Positions 23,942 to 32,796 of a DNA stretch of 64,000 nucleotides are shown piece by piece. A model generated the notes under the pieces. The model did not search any database and was not told the origin of the DNA. It saw only the letters and a list, made by a program, of their open reading frames with translations. Made by a program: the position numbers and the translations under genes. The DNA comes from a virus. The stretch lies in IMG/VR virus record IMGVR_UViG_3300035698_017305, positions 32,001 through 96,000 of that record; one strand, given 5' to 3'. Numbering within the stretch: position 1 is the stretch's first letter; each line of letters begins with the position of its first letter.

Positions 23942-24312
23942 TGACTCCACTAGGGTGGGCAGTAGGCAATATGATGTACGACAAATCGCCTGTGCCCGAA
24001 CATGGCACCCCCGTGGAGTTGATGTTCCTATTGATCCGGTCCATGAAGTTCAATGCGGATATCGAGAAGACTCGTGCTTTGATGACTGCGGCGATCAACC
24101 CGGAGAAGGCACAGGATGCTTTCAAGGAATACAGGATAGCCGTACTTCCCTACCTAGTGAAGCAGGAAGAGAAGGAGAAAGCAGAGTTGGCTAAGGTCAT
24201 GGACAGGATGGTAGCTCAAGGACCACTGCAAATCACCCCGATGGTTGACCTAGGTGACCAGTTGCGGAAGATGAAGAAGGATGCACGTAGTGCCAAAAAA
24301 ACCGCAAATTGA
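23941..24312 (+). CDS. putative tail assembly chaperone partner (T-like frame)
   Basis: In the -1 frame relative to 23138..23941, continuous through KKWLMTP. Confidence 0.55.
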   Translation: MTPLGWAVGNMMYDKSPVPEHGTPVELMFLLIRSMKFNADIEKTRALMTAAINPEKAQDAFKEYRIAVLPYLVKQEEKEKAELAKVMDRMVAQGPLQITPMVDLGDQLRKMKKDARSAKKTAN

Positions 24313-24463
24313 TATCACTGATGCCATGAAGACGTTTAAGAGAGGGGTCACTGCGGGTGAGAAGATAGCTGAACAATTGGAGAGGCTCAACAATACTTTA
24401 GACAAGGTGGTTAAGTCCACTTCTAAGAAGAGTTGGCCTCTCCCAGGCACGGAGAAGGTATGA
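24281..24463 (+). CDS. small coiled-coil hypothetical protein
   Basis: 60 aa ORF overlapping both neighbours; true start may be internal. Confidence 0.5.
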   Translation: MHVVPKKPQIDITDAMKTFKRGVTAGEKIAEQLERLNNTLDKVVKSTSKKSWPLPGTEKV

Positions 24464-24804
24464 CGCCAAGAATTGAACTAATCGGACTAGTTAATGTGGT
24501 AGAAACAGATCTATTTGGTAACTGTAGTTCTAACCAGTCTTTCATCAAGGTTAGAGTTGACGGAAACGAACAATTGATCCCTGGGACTATCAACAAGGAG
24601 GCTTTGGCATCTCTCCGTAAGACCACTGAGCCTTTGTATGAGAGCATGGGGTGTAAGGTGCCTGACGCTGAACCCGTGGAGGTAGAAGCAGCCCCTTTTC
24701 CAAGCCCCCAGATGCCTATGACTCCGGAAGGGTTGCAGGAAGAGATCGAGACACTGGCAGGGGGAGACCCACACACAGACTCGGACGGGGTAGCGCCCCT
24801 TTAA
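24460..24804 (+). CDS. hypothetical protein
   Basis: ATGA coupling at 24460 (MTPRIELIG). Confidence 0.65.
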   Translation: MTPRIELIGLVNVVETDLFGNCSSNQSFIKVRVDGNEQLIPGTINKEALASLRKTTEPLYESMGCKVPDAEPVEVEAAPFPSPQMPMTPEGLQEEIETLAGGDPHTDSDGVAPL

Positions 24805-24810
24805 AGGTAA

Positions 24811-25209
24811 GTGATGAGCAAAGAATCAATACTAGCGGAGTCTCTATTACGCATCGAGGGGAAACTGGACTGGCTGGCCTTAGCCATGGTGCAGAAGGCG
24901 AGGTACGACGGAGCCCCATTCGATCCACTACCGGAGGCCCCACCATACGATATATCCGTGGTTGGAGGCAGATGTCCTTTTTGCAACCACGACATCAAGC
25001 TGGTGTCCCAGGACGGGGTAGCAGTAAGGCAGTGCGAATGTAAGTCAGGGGTGAAACCTATGGATGTAGGGGCACTCAAAGATATAACTGATGCCGTTGG
25101 TGAAAGACTGCGGCAGGAACAAGAAACTGTGAGGAGAACGAACGATGCCAGAAGCGCCGACGCAAGCAGATTATCTGAGACAGATGGGGATGACTCTACC
25201 GGAGCGTAG
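24811..25209 (+). CDS. hypothetical protein with Cys pairs
   Basis: RCPFC...QCECK. Confidence 0.65.
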   Translation: MMSKESILAESLLRIEGKLDWLALAMVQKARYDGAPFDPLPEAPPYDISVVGGRCPFCNHDIKLVSQDGVAVRQCECKSGVKPMDVGALKDITDAVGERLRQEQETVRRTNDARSADASRLSETDGDDSTGA

Positions 25210-25528
25210 TACCGGTAAGGCTCAGGTATTAGGAGTGTTTAAGATTGAACACCTTCTAGCAATCAAGTATGACGATGGACGGAAGATCAATACCCAGATG
25301 GGGTTTATGGCGGGGGATGAGGTAGTACTACTCCCCATTGATGTTGGTAAGGAGAAGTACAAACCGGACCACGCAACCACGTCCAAAGCTTCCGGGTTCA
25401 TTAACGAAGCTATCAAGAAGTGGAAGAAGAGGTTTGACGCGGCCATTGGTAAGGTGGACGTGGATCTAGCCCCAGAAGCACCTATGATGGGAGGAGAAGA
25501 CAAAGATGGCGATGAAGCCTCTAAATAA
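25145..25528 (+). CDS. hypothetical protein
   Basis: 127 aa ORF with GAGGAG upstream. Confidence 0.6.
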   Translation: MPEAPTQADYLRQMGMTLPERSTGKAQVLGVFKIEHLLAIKYDDGRKINTQMGFMAGDEVVLLPIDVGKEKYKPDHATTSKASGFINEAIKKWKKRFDAAIGKVDVDLAPEAPMMGGEDKDGDEASK

Positions 25529-25814
25529 ATGGGTTCAGATAAAGCCCGATCCCCGTCCAGAAACTACCGAAGCTGGCTTAGTGTTGGTTGAGTCCACCAC
25601 TGAGAAGCTAAGTGCGAGCGCGGGGACGGTCCTCGCGGTGGGCCTAGATGTTGATCATGCAAAAGTGACTGTCGGGGATCGGGTTATGTACAGGTTCTTC
25701 TTGGAACAAGCCCACACTCTGCAAGACGACTCGTGCTTGATTAAATACGATGACCTGATGGCTGTTGTTGACAAGGACACACCAGTAGGGTTCCTGAACA
25801 AGACAGGAGACTGA
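25506..25814 (+). CDS. groES: GroES/Cpn10 co-chaperonin
   Basis: 'MKPLNKWVQI', 'TEAGLVL', 'GTVLAVG', 'VGDRVMY', 'LIKYDDLMAVV'. Confidence 0.9.
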   Translation: MAMKPLNKWVQIKPDPRPETTEAGLVLVESTTEKLSASAGTVLAVGLDVDHAKVTVGDRVMYRFFLEQAHTLQDDSCLIKYDDLMAVVDKDTPVGFLNKTGD

Positions 25815-25815
25815 C

Positions 25816-26538
25816 ATGGGAGAGATCAGAAATGTATCCCCGCGTAAGGTTGATTACTACTGGGTTATACCCCTTAGTGAGATAGACTTCCCGGTTAAGG
25901 GCATCTATAAAACTCGGAGTGGGGAATTGCCCACGCGTATGAAGTTCCTACACCCCAAGGCTTACTGGGATTTCAAACGTCTTCAGAGGGACACTGACTT
26001 CAAGCTGGTGTACTCAGACATGTACCGGTCCTTTGCGGAGTCTCTGGCTGCTAAGAAACGTAAGCCTAGGCTGGTAGCGTCTCCCTCTTTCAGTGGTCAC
26101 AACTTCGGTGTCAGCTTTGACATCGACATGGGTAAGGCCCAGGAAGTGATTGGGAAGATACATGGCGCTGCCGATGCTACAGTGTTTGCAGTCCAGCAGT
26201 TCCTAGCGAAGTATGGGTGGACTCATATCAACAAGGAAAGCTGGCATTTCAACCATGTAACTGGGTACGGTTACTCTAGGCCATGGATAGACGCTACATA
26301 CGGTGACGAGTTTAACCTGACTGCTGAAGAGATTCAGTCGGCTCTGAACGAACTTGGGTACAACGTATGGCCTATTGACGGAGACATCGGTCCCCAAACT
26401 GAGGCAGCAGTTGAAGAGTTCCAGGAGGACTACAGCCTTGCTGCTGATGGGGTCCCGGGCAGAATGACCCAGAGGATTCTGGCTAGCTTTGCCGCTGAAA
26501 TTGAACTCATAGACCCGGTGGAATATACTAATGAGTAA
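25816..26538 (+). CDS. endolysin: M15-family peptidase + C-terminal peptidoglycan-binding domain
   Basis: 'SDMYRSFAES', 'SGHNFGVSFDI', 'ESWHF'; PG_binding_1-like 'IQSALNELGY...DGDIGPQTEAAVEEFQ..Y.L.ADGVPG..T'. Confidence 0.85.
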   Translation: MGEIRNVSPRKVDYYWVIPLSEIDFPVKGIYKTRSGELPTRMKFLHPKAYWDFKRLQRDTDFKLVYSDMYRSFAESLAAKKRKPRLVASPSFSGHNFGVSFDIDMGKAQEVIGKIHGAADATVFAVQQFLAKYGWTHINKESWHFNHVTGYGYSRPWIDATYGDEFNLTAEEIQSALNELGYNVWPIDGDIGPQTEAAVEEFQEDYSLAADGVPGRMTQRILASFAAEIELIDPVEYTNE

Positions 26539-26686
26539 GAAAGTTCGGGTTAACTACCTGATACCGGAAGACGTCAAGAAGTTCTTGGGCAAGTACGCCA
26601 AGGACAATGACACTACCTGTACGTCCGTGGTGGTTAAGCTCATAAAAAGGCTCAAGCACGAGGTAGAACATGTCGAATCAGTATGA
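26531..26686 (+). CDS. small ribbon-helix-helix-like DNA-binding protein (not in ORF track)
   Basis: My translation: MSKKVRVNYLIPEDVKKFLGKYAKDNDTTCTSVVVKLIKRLKHEVEHVESV; it fills the gap between the endolysin and the next gene. Confidence 0.65.
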   Translation: MSKKVRVNYLIPEDVKKFLGKYAKDNDTTCTSVVVKLIKRLKHEVEHVESV

Positions 26687-27290
26687 TGGCTACAAACTAG
26701 TAACGGATACCTATCCTCTACCGGTTAAGGCCACATTAGACGATGTTATCGGGGCACTGAAGGAAGTATTCCGACAGCCCTTTGTGCAGAGTTTAGTGAT
26801 CAGGATAGGTCTCGGCGATCCTGTTACGGTGGAGAGGTATGTCCCTGCGGATGCCGTTAGGGAAGTGACTGAATACGTAGAAACTAGTGTGTTGTCGGCT
26901 ATACGCAACGCTGATATGGAGGGTTTGAGGTCAGATGAACTTCCTCAGACAGTGCTTGGTAAGGTGGCAGCTATGTTCTACTACATCCAAAACAGGCGTC
27001 TACAACCAGCTTTTGTAGTTGTAGGATCGGTATCATTTCTTCTGGGTGAGTTAAGTAAAGAAGTAGAGGGTACTCCTCTAGCGAGCATGGTTGCTGACAA
27101 TATAGAAGAGGGGATCGACCGCATACTCGGAGTGTCTCTGGTGGAGGACGATGATCTCCCACCCGATGCTTTGATAGTATGCGGTGCCCCTACATCATTA
27201 GCTGAGCCTATAGACGTTAAGCTCAGTGTTATCACAACCATGGAGAACGCGAATGAACCCATCAGAGAAAGCCCCGATCCTGGAAGTTAG
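26670..27290 (+). CDS. hypothetical protein
   Basis: 206 aa ORF in an operon-like run. Confidence 0.7.
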   Translation: MSNQYDGYKLVTDTYPLPVKATLDDVIGALKEVFRQPFVQSLVIRIGLGDPVTVERYVPADAVREVTEYVETSVLSAIRNADMEGLRSDELPQTVLGKVAAMFYYIQNRRLQPAFVVVGSVSFLLGELSKEVEGTPLASMVADNIEEGIDRILGVSLVEDDDLPPDALIVCGAPTSLAEPIDVKLSVITTMENANEPIRESPDPGS

Positions 27291-27408
27291 GAAAGACAGG
27301 CTGAAGATTGATCTAACCGATGAAGGTATTGATTTCAAACTGGACATGTCGTTGTCCAAGATACTGGATGCAATTGAACGATGGCTGAAATCTCTACGCA
27401 AGGGTTAA
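27253..27408 (+). CDS. small hypothetical protein
   Basis: MNPSEKAPILEVRK..., GGAG upstream. Confidence 0.5.
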   Translation: MNPSEKAPILEVRKDRLKIDLTDEGIDFKLDMSLSKILDAIERWLKSLRKG

Positions 27409-27680
27409 GTCTACGTACTGTCGAGGCAGAGATAGTGGAGTCTAGTCTCGACTACAGATCCTTATTCGATGCTAGAGACGGTGTACGTAAGCGGGTGGAG
27501 GCCCAGTCTGACATCCCTCGAATGCTAACCCCACTACAGTATTGGTCTGGTACCGACGCTGTTCTTGGGTCTTTGGATATGGCTATCAGTGCGGTAGAGC
27601 GGACGATGGCAGAACTGAAAGAACTTTCCCGAAAGATTAGGGCGGGTGAGATACCCAACTTAGACACCGGGATTAATTGA
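27381..27680 (+). CDS. hypothetical protein
   Basis: 99 aa helical ORF. Confidence 0.65.
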   Translation: MAEISTQGLSLRTVEAEIVESSLDYRSLFDARDGVRKRVEAQSDIPRMLTPLQYWSGTDAVLGSLDMAISAVERTMAELKELSRKIRAGEIPNLDTGIN

Positions 27681-27687
27681 GGTAGGC

Positions 27688-28170
27688 ATGGCTGAATTCG
27701 ACAAGTCCCTAGTGGACCAAATAGTTAGAGCCCTGAACGCAACAGGGGGAGAGGTGATTGAAGTCACTTCGGTGACCCCACAGGTTAACTTCATTTGTAG
27801 GGTCAAGCCCGAAGATGAGGGGCAGTGGGTGCATGGACCGGTTGAACGGCTGGTTAAGTTTGCATTTGATTACAAGATGGAAAATGCAGGGGCTGAGCAA
27901 TGGAAGATCCATGCCTGTAAGCAGTATATGTACCGTCTACAGAAAGTAGGCGGGGCTAAGTATGCTTACGGTTGGAACCTATCATTCCGATTCAACATCC
28001 CCCTAGAAGACCTAATGGATGAGGTAGTCGGTTGTATCAGAGGGGTAGACGACAACAAGAAGGTGAATATCACTGAGATGGATCTACCGTTTGATCCTAC
28101 CTCCCCAGCTAACCCAGATGCCAGGGGCCTTCTAAGGGCCGGTAGGGGCATGACACCGGTTGAAAGTTAA
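27688..28170 (+). CDS. hypothetical protein
   Basis: 160 aa, GAGGT RBS. Confidence 0.7.
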   Translation: MAEFDKSLVDQIVRALNATGGEVIEVTSVTPQVNFICRVKPEDEGQWVHGPVERLVKFAFDYKMENAGAEQWKIHACKQYMYRLQKVGGAKYAYGWNLSFRFNIPLEDLMDEVVGCIRGVDDNKKVNITEMDLPFDPTSPANPDARGLLRAGRGMTPVES

Positions 28171-28173
28171 ACT

Positions 28174-28746
28174 ATGGAGTCAGTACCGTACAGTGTTCAA
28201 CTAGGGCGTGAGGGAGCAGGTAAGGACCATGACTGGGGTAAGTGGAAGGTAGAGATCACCTTTGCCAAAGACAGAACCCCCGGAGGACCTAACTCTTTTG
28301 TGGTAGAGGTATATGAAAATGGCATAGCCTTGGGTGCAGCAGGAGATATGAGAGCTTACCTATGTAGAGACATCGAAGAGAAGGATCTTGGGTGTCAAAA
28401 GGTATTCTCCGCCCTGTACGTTGACTTCAAGACCATAGCGGTGTGCCCTCACTGTAAACGGACCTGGAACCCCAACAGGTTAACCACGACCGTGGTATAC
28501 AGGCTGTCCACAGACAAAGCCGCTATCGCCATAGCCAAGATTATGCGGAGGGTTGAGTTTGATGCGGACATCTTTATCAAGTACCACCCCTCTGATATAC
28601 GTTACCAGGAAATGGTTAGAGAGCTGGGGTTGGACAAGGCTGCTACCCTACAAGGACTACTGGTATACAAGAAGTCAGACCTGATAAATGCCATATCAAC
28701 TGGAAAAGGTTTGGAAGAAGAGTTGAAAGGACTGCTCAGTGCGTAA
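28174..28746 (+). CDS. hypothetical protein with Cys pairs
   Basis: LCR..GCQK and VCPHCK. Confidence 0.7.
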   Translation: MESVPYSVQLGREGAGKDHDWGKWKVEITFAKDRTPGGPNSFVVEVYENGIALGAAGDMRAYLCRDIEEKDLGCQKVFSALYVDFKTIAVCPHCKRTWNPNRLTTTVVYRLSTDKAAIAIAKIMRRVEFDADIFIKYHPSDIRYQEMVRELGLDKAATLQGLLVYKKSDLINAISTGKGLEEELKGLLSA

Positions 28747-28758
28747 TATACTATACCC

Positions 28759-29196
28759 ATGTATTCTTTTTTACACGAGACAGACCAAATCAAACTCTCC
28801 GGTCTCAATGACTGGCTAGGGAAGATACGGTCAACTAAGGAACCTTCGCAACGGAACGTTGATAGGGCGGAGAGGTTAGCTAACGATCCTAACTGGAAGG
28901 ACTTCAATAGACGCCTGTTAGACCCACAGTTTCAGATGGCTGTCATTGAGAACAAGGATAGCGATGATAGGCTAAAAAGATATGTCATTTCGATGGCCCA
29001 ACTCTACAAGGGGGATAAGGTCGGACGAGTGAAGGGCAAGTCAGGCTCTTATGAAGTGCGGCAATTAGCAGATGGTAGACTGGGATGTACATGCCTGGAT
29101 TGGAAGTACGCTAAGTCACATAGAGGCGAGGACTGTAAGCACATCACAGCTTGGAAGAAGACACATCGTTCAGAGGGGAAGAATGTGAGGCTATGA
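28759..29196 (+). CDS. SWIM zinc-finger protein
   Basis: 'SYEV...GCTCLDW...DCKHI' (CxC-xn-CxH). Confidence 0.8.
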   Translation: MYSFLHETDQIKLSGLNDWLGKIRSTKEPSQRNVDRAERLANDPNWKDFNRRLLDPQFQMAVIENKDSDDRLKRYVISMAQLYKGDKVGRVKGKSGSYEVRQLADGRLGCTCLDWKYAKSHRGEDCKHITAWKKTHRSEGKNVRL

Positions 29197-29312
29197 GAAC
29201 TTCACCTTTCTCCTCTTCTACACATTCTGTGTTCTCCGATTCAATCAGTGAGGTGGCCGGTCTCTACCGGCGGATTCCAATGCCGCCATTCTCCTTATAG
29301 CAGGAAAGTAAT

Positions 29313-29582
29313 ATGAAGTTCCATGAGCTAAAACAGAAAGAAACTACGTTAATGCACCGAGCTGCGGTGCTATCCAGGGTAGCTGGGTTTATCAAGACTA
29401 ACTACCTACCAGATGACTCAGGTGAAGCCTCTGGTAAATTGTATGTTGAAGGCTGTTCTGTAAGTGAGGTCCCGGAAGAGACTCTATCAGACATGTACGA
29501 TACATTCATCGAGGAGATCCAGGACATCAATAAAGAGATAGACACACTACATAATTTGGAAGTTCAGGAGGGTGACGAATGA
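29313..29582 (+). CDS. hypothetical protein
   Basis: 89 aa, AGGA upstream. Confidence 0.65.
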   Translation: MKFHELKQKETTLMHRAAVLSRVAGFIKTNYLPDDSGEASGKLYVEGCSVSEVPEETLSDMYDTFIEEIQDINKEIDTLHNLEVQEGDE

Positions 29583-30022
29583 GTAAAGGCAAGAAGAGCA
29601 AGTCTGTAGACCCTGGCCGGGTGTCCTACAAGGACCTACTATTCAGGCAGGTAAAAGCAGAAAGAGCCATTGAAGCACTTGGACTTGATCTTACTGCGTT
29701 TAAGAAGAACGTCAGGGAGGCCATAAGTACTCTGTACGAGAACCAGATACTACTGGGCCGTAAGGTGGACACCCTTGATGAGTCTCTGACCGTTATAATC
29801 AGACTCCTACAGGACAAGAACATCATAGAATCTACTGAGGAGATCGCCGAGCTGTCCAAGGAGATGAGACAGGTGGTGGCAGCATCCAACTTGATTCTGT
29901 TGCTCACGGCACCGGTGGCTAAAAAAGGAGAGGGGGTAGAGTCTCCCCCACCCCCATCTACACCGCCGCAAGAAGCGGGGGCGCAACCGTATCCAAAAGG
30001 AGCCAGGATCTATAAGTCCTAG
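29579..30022 (+). CDS. hypothetical coiled-coil protein
   Basis: 147 aa, ATGA coupling. Confidence 0.65.
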   Translation: MSKGKKSKSVDPGRVSYKDLLFRQVKAERAIEALGLDLTAFKKNVREAISTLYENQILLGRKVDTLDESLTVIIRLLQDKNIIESTEEIAELSKEMRQVVAASNLILLLTAPVAKKGEGVESPPPPSTPPQEAGAQPYPKGARIYKS

Positions 30023-30360
30023 ACTTCCATAGTTCCGTCCTTTGAATTGATCTTAAGGCCATCCCGCACAGGGACAACGTATCTGATCATGTCTTTGTGT
30101 ACCATTAGAACGATTTCGGGGGTAACATCAGTGTTGTCCTCTTCCTCCTCACCGTCCTTGGGGGGCTTGCTCATCCTACGGAAGAACCCAATGAAGTCGT
30201 CCCCGATCTCGGAGATAGCACACACTGATTTGATCTTTACCGGGTTAGCATCCACTTCCGCTCCCTCCTTTGTCGGCTCCATAACAAGCAGCACATCAAT
30301 TGAATCAACGTCCCCGTACCCTTCGAAGTCAATCATCTCTGTATCGCAGTAAGTTCCCAT
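30019..30360 (-). CDS. hypothetical protein
   Basis: 113 aa downstream of the ligase. Confidence 0.65.
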   Translation of the reverse strand: MGTYCDTEMIDFEGYGDVDSIDVLLVMEPTKEGAEVDANPVKIKSVCAISEIGDDFIGFFRRMSKPPKDGEEEEDNTDVTPEIVLMVHKDMIRYVVPVRDGLKINSKDGTMEV

Positions 30361-30361
30361 G

Positions 30362-30625
30362 TCATCTACTCCATTTCTCTATGAATTTCACTCGCTCGGC
30401 CCTGGTGATAAACTCCGGATTCGGTTCATCTTCCCCAATGTCGTGGGGGCTGTAGAACACCAGATGCTTACCTCTTTCCTCAATCAGAATTGTGTTTGAA
30501 ACCCGCAGCACTTGGTTTGGTTCATCGGGCTTCACCGACTCCACTATCACCTTCAGTGTCTGGGGCTTGTTGTACTCTGCTACCTTTACCGGTCTGTCTT
30601 CCTGCTGCTCTTCGCTCATGCTCAC
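30362..30625 (-). CDS. hypothetical protein
   Basis: 87 aa overlapping the ligase stop. Confidence 0.6.
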   Translation of the reverse strand: MSMSEEQQEDRPVKVAEYNKPQTLKVIVESVKPDEPNQVLRVSNTILIEERGKHLVFYSPHDIGEDEPNPEFITRAERVKFIEKWSR

Positions 30626-32037
30626 TCCATATCAAGTAGTTCGTTCCCACACTCACTCGGTTCTTTGTCAGTCCGAACCCTCCTCTGCCTAGGAAAGGTT
30701 ACGGCGTTGGATATCTCTCCACGGGAAAGGTACTTCCTTTTAGCGTACTCCACTTCCCAAACCTGCGGGTACATACTCGGATCGGCATTATCTTTAGCCC
30801 AGTCGTCCGTAAAGCCTGAACCACAGTTACAGATAAAGACTGGAGTTCCTTTCGAATCGTACTGGTATAACGCCACTGATCCCACATGCCCCATATGTTT
30901 CCCTGTTCCATATTCTCCCATCCCTTCATCTGGATTCCAATAAATTACGAAGTCATCTTCAAAGATTGGCTTCACCTTACACGACACCGCTGATGGCCTG
31001 TACGGTTTCCCATGAAACATTAGGCCCTGTTCACCCATGATACCGTCTGGGTCTGTCACCACAAACCCTTCCCACTTGGCTTCAACCGCGATAGCTAACG
31101 CTACTGCCACCGGGTCCTTCATGTCTACCTCGGTCCTATCTGGGCCACTTACTCCTGATAGTAGGTTCCCCGTACTTAGAACTTCTGGGGGTAGAAGCTG
31201 CTCAAATCCTCGACACCCGGTGATCTTGTCCTTAACCCAACCGATCCGTTCCCTCATGTTCATGCTGCGGATGTAGTCATTCCCATCTACAAATGCTACG
31301 TCCCACACGTAGTAGAACAGCTTACCCTGCTTAGCTTGGCGCTCTACCGCGTCATTAGCATTGGATATACCGGTTACGTAGTCGAAGTTATCATCTTCCT
31401 TAGAGGCTACCAGTTCCCCCAGTAGTACTGTGTTGTGGGGGATCTTACCCATAGCACACCAAGTCTCTAACGACCTGACTATGTGGTCAAACTTCTCACT
31501 CCAAGTGATTGACTCCGTTTTCTTCTTATCCAGAAGTCTCCGGGAGTACAGCCTAGCTTTGCCGTCATCTTGGATCACTGCCACGCACATAAGTCCATCC
31601 CTCTTACGCATGAACCACGCGGTCTTGTCCACCAGGATCTTCTTCATCATAGCTTTGCTGGGGTTGTGGGCTGGCTTATAGAATGCCCAGTTCTGTGGTA
31701 GTGGTCCGTCGAATACAAACCCCTCATACTTTGTCATGTTCAGTTTCTCTACTTCTTCCTGCTTCACCGACCCGTCACTGTTTAACCCAATGTATCCCTC
31801 CCTCTGTTTCATCTCAGCCTTACGGGTTGCCGTGTTGATAGCTACCTGTTCCGGGCTGATCTCATTTGTCTTACCAACGTTCTTGGCTAAACAAACATCT
31901 GTTGTAGACTGCATCTTCCCACCCTTGATACCCCAAGTGGCAGTGACTGATGAGCCCTCTGTCTCAATCGACCACGCCTTTGTTTTGGCCGTCCGGCCTC
32001 TGAACTGCTCAAGATCTACACGCATAGCTACTCCCAA
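30622..32037 (-). CDS. ATP-dependent DNA ligase with N-terminal WGR domain
   Basis: WGR-like 'KAWSI...VTATWGIKG'; motif I 'RKRDG', 'LLGEL', 'YVWDV', 'WEGFVV', 'KVKP', OB-fold 'GSGF' and 'FPR'. Confidence 0.9.
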   Translation of the reverse strand: MGVAMRVDLEQFRGRTAKTKAWSIETEGSSVTATWGIKGGKMQSTTDVCLAKNVGKTNEISPEQVAINTATRKAEMKQREGYIGLNSDGSVKQEEVEKLNMTKYEGFVFDGPLPQNWAFYKPAHNPSKAMMKKILVDKTAWFMRKRDGLMCVAVIQDDGKARLYSRRLLDKKKTESITWSEKFDHIVRSLETWCAMGKIPHNTVLLGELVASKEDDNFDYVTGISNANDAVERQAKQGKLFYYVWDVAFVDGNDYIRSMNMRERIGWVKDKITGCRGFEQLLPPEVLSTGNLLSGVSGPDRTEVDMKDPVAVALAIAVEAKWEGFVVTDPDGIMGEQGLMFHGKPYRPSAVSCKVKPIFEDDFVIYWNPDEGMGEYGTGKHMGHVGSVALYQYDSKGTPVFICNCGSGFTDDWAKDNADPSMYPQVWEVEYAKRKYLSRGEISNAVTFPRQRRVRTDKEPSECGNELLDME

Positions 32038-32072
32038 ATTGTTAGCTTACTTATGTCAGGTTTCGTTAAAAG

Positions 32073-32102
32073 TTGACAGGATCGCCTAAGTGATGATAGC
32101 AT
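32073..32102 (+). promoter_or_regulatory. sigma70-type promoter
   Basis: TTGACA-N18-TAGCAT with extended TG, 9 nt upstream of the ATG at 32112. Confidence 0.55.
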
Positions 32103-32111
32103 TTTGTTATC

Positions 32112-32585
32112 ATGAATGGTAACCATAAAAATGGCAAAGTAGCCACCACCCTCAGGATTGACACCCTGGACTACGACCGGTTAACCACCTTGGCTGTCCG
32201 TAAGCGTGGTCGGTCCCTAAATTCCTACATCACCTACATCCTAAAGCAGCATTTGTCTAGGGAGTGGACGGATGTTACCTATCTCTGTACCATATTGTGG
32301 TCAGAAGATGGGGCCGTAGCGCACCTTCAGTGCCAAGCAGGAACAGGAGCCAACGTAAAGACAGTCGCGTTCTTTGAAGTACCCCACGAGGATAGATCAA
32401 AGGACATTCTACGTAAACTCATTGATGCTAAGATCAAACCATTGTCGCAAGGAGCGATTATCCATGTCAAAGAACTCCCCGGTCGGGGCAGGAAAGAAAG
32501 CGAAGTTAGACATATCCATCCAAGTAGAGGGCCCAGAGAAGCAAGTGAACAAGTTGTTAACCGAGGAGATACAACGGTTCAGTGA
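32112..32585 (+). CDS. protein with N-terminal ribbon-helix-helix (Arc/CopG-like) domain
   Basis: 'ATTLRIDTLDYDRLTTLAVRKRGRSLNSYITYILKQHL'. Confidence 0.7.
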   Translation: MNGNHKNGKVATTLRIDTLDYDRLTTLAVRKRGRSLNSYITYILKQHLSREWTDVTYLCTILWSEDGAVAHLQCQAGTGANVKTVAFFEVPHEDRSKDILRKLIDAKIKPLSQGAIIHVKELPGRGRKESEVRHIHPSRGPREASEQVVNRGDTTVQ

Positions 32586-32682
32586 CTTCGTAGTGTCGGG
32601 GTTGGGGCAAGAGAGGCTGAATGCTTTTGAACGGTCCGCTATCCTAGGGTTCCTGACAAACAAAGCTAAAAAGAAATTCTAA
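32464..32682 (+). CDS. hypothetical protein
   Basis: MSKNSPVGAGKK...; overlaps the previous ORF by about 120 nt, so start or reality is uncertain. Confidence 0.4.
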   Translation: MSKNSPVGAGKKAKLDISIQVEGPEKQVNKLLTEEIQRFSDFVVSGLGQERLNAFERSAILGFLTNKAKKKF

Positions 32683-32796
32683 CTTGACCCGTGGTTCAAG
32701 TGGGCCTATATAGTCAAGCTAATGAGAATTCTCCTGGACAAGTCCAGCTCAGGTGAAGGAGTTACCTCCTTCCCTTCACTGTTCTTATACCAGAAA

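Noticed and set aside
25506-25814. GroES without GroEL as a novelty
   Set aside because: Phage-encoded co-chaperonins that use host GroEL (e.g. T4 gp31) are well established.
29197-29312. Two GC-rich hairpins in an intergenic gap
   Set aside because: Short and overlapping, with no U-tract or recognisable motif; may be a tiny ORF or chance.
32716-32750. Hammerhead ribozyme (CTAATGAG resembles CUGAUGA)
   Set aside because: Core mismatch and no GAAA/stem III arrangement.
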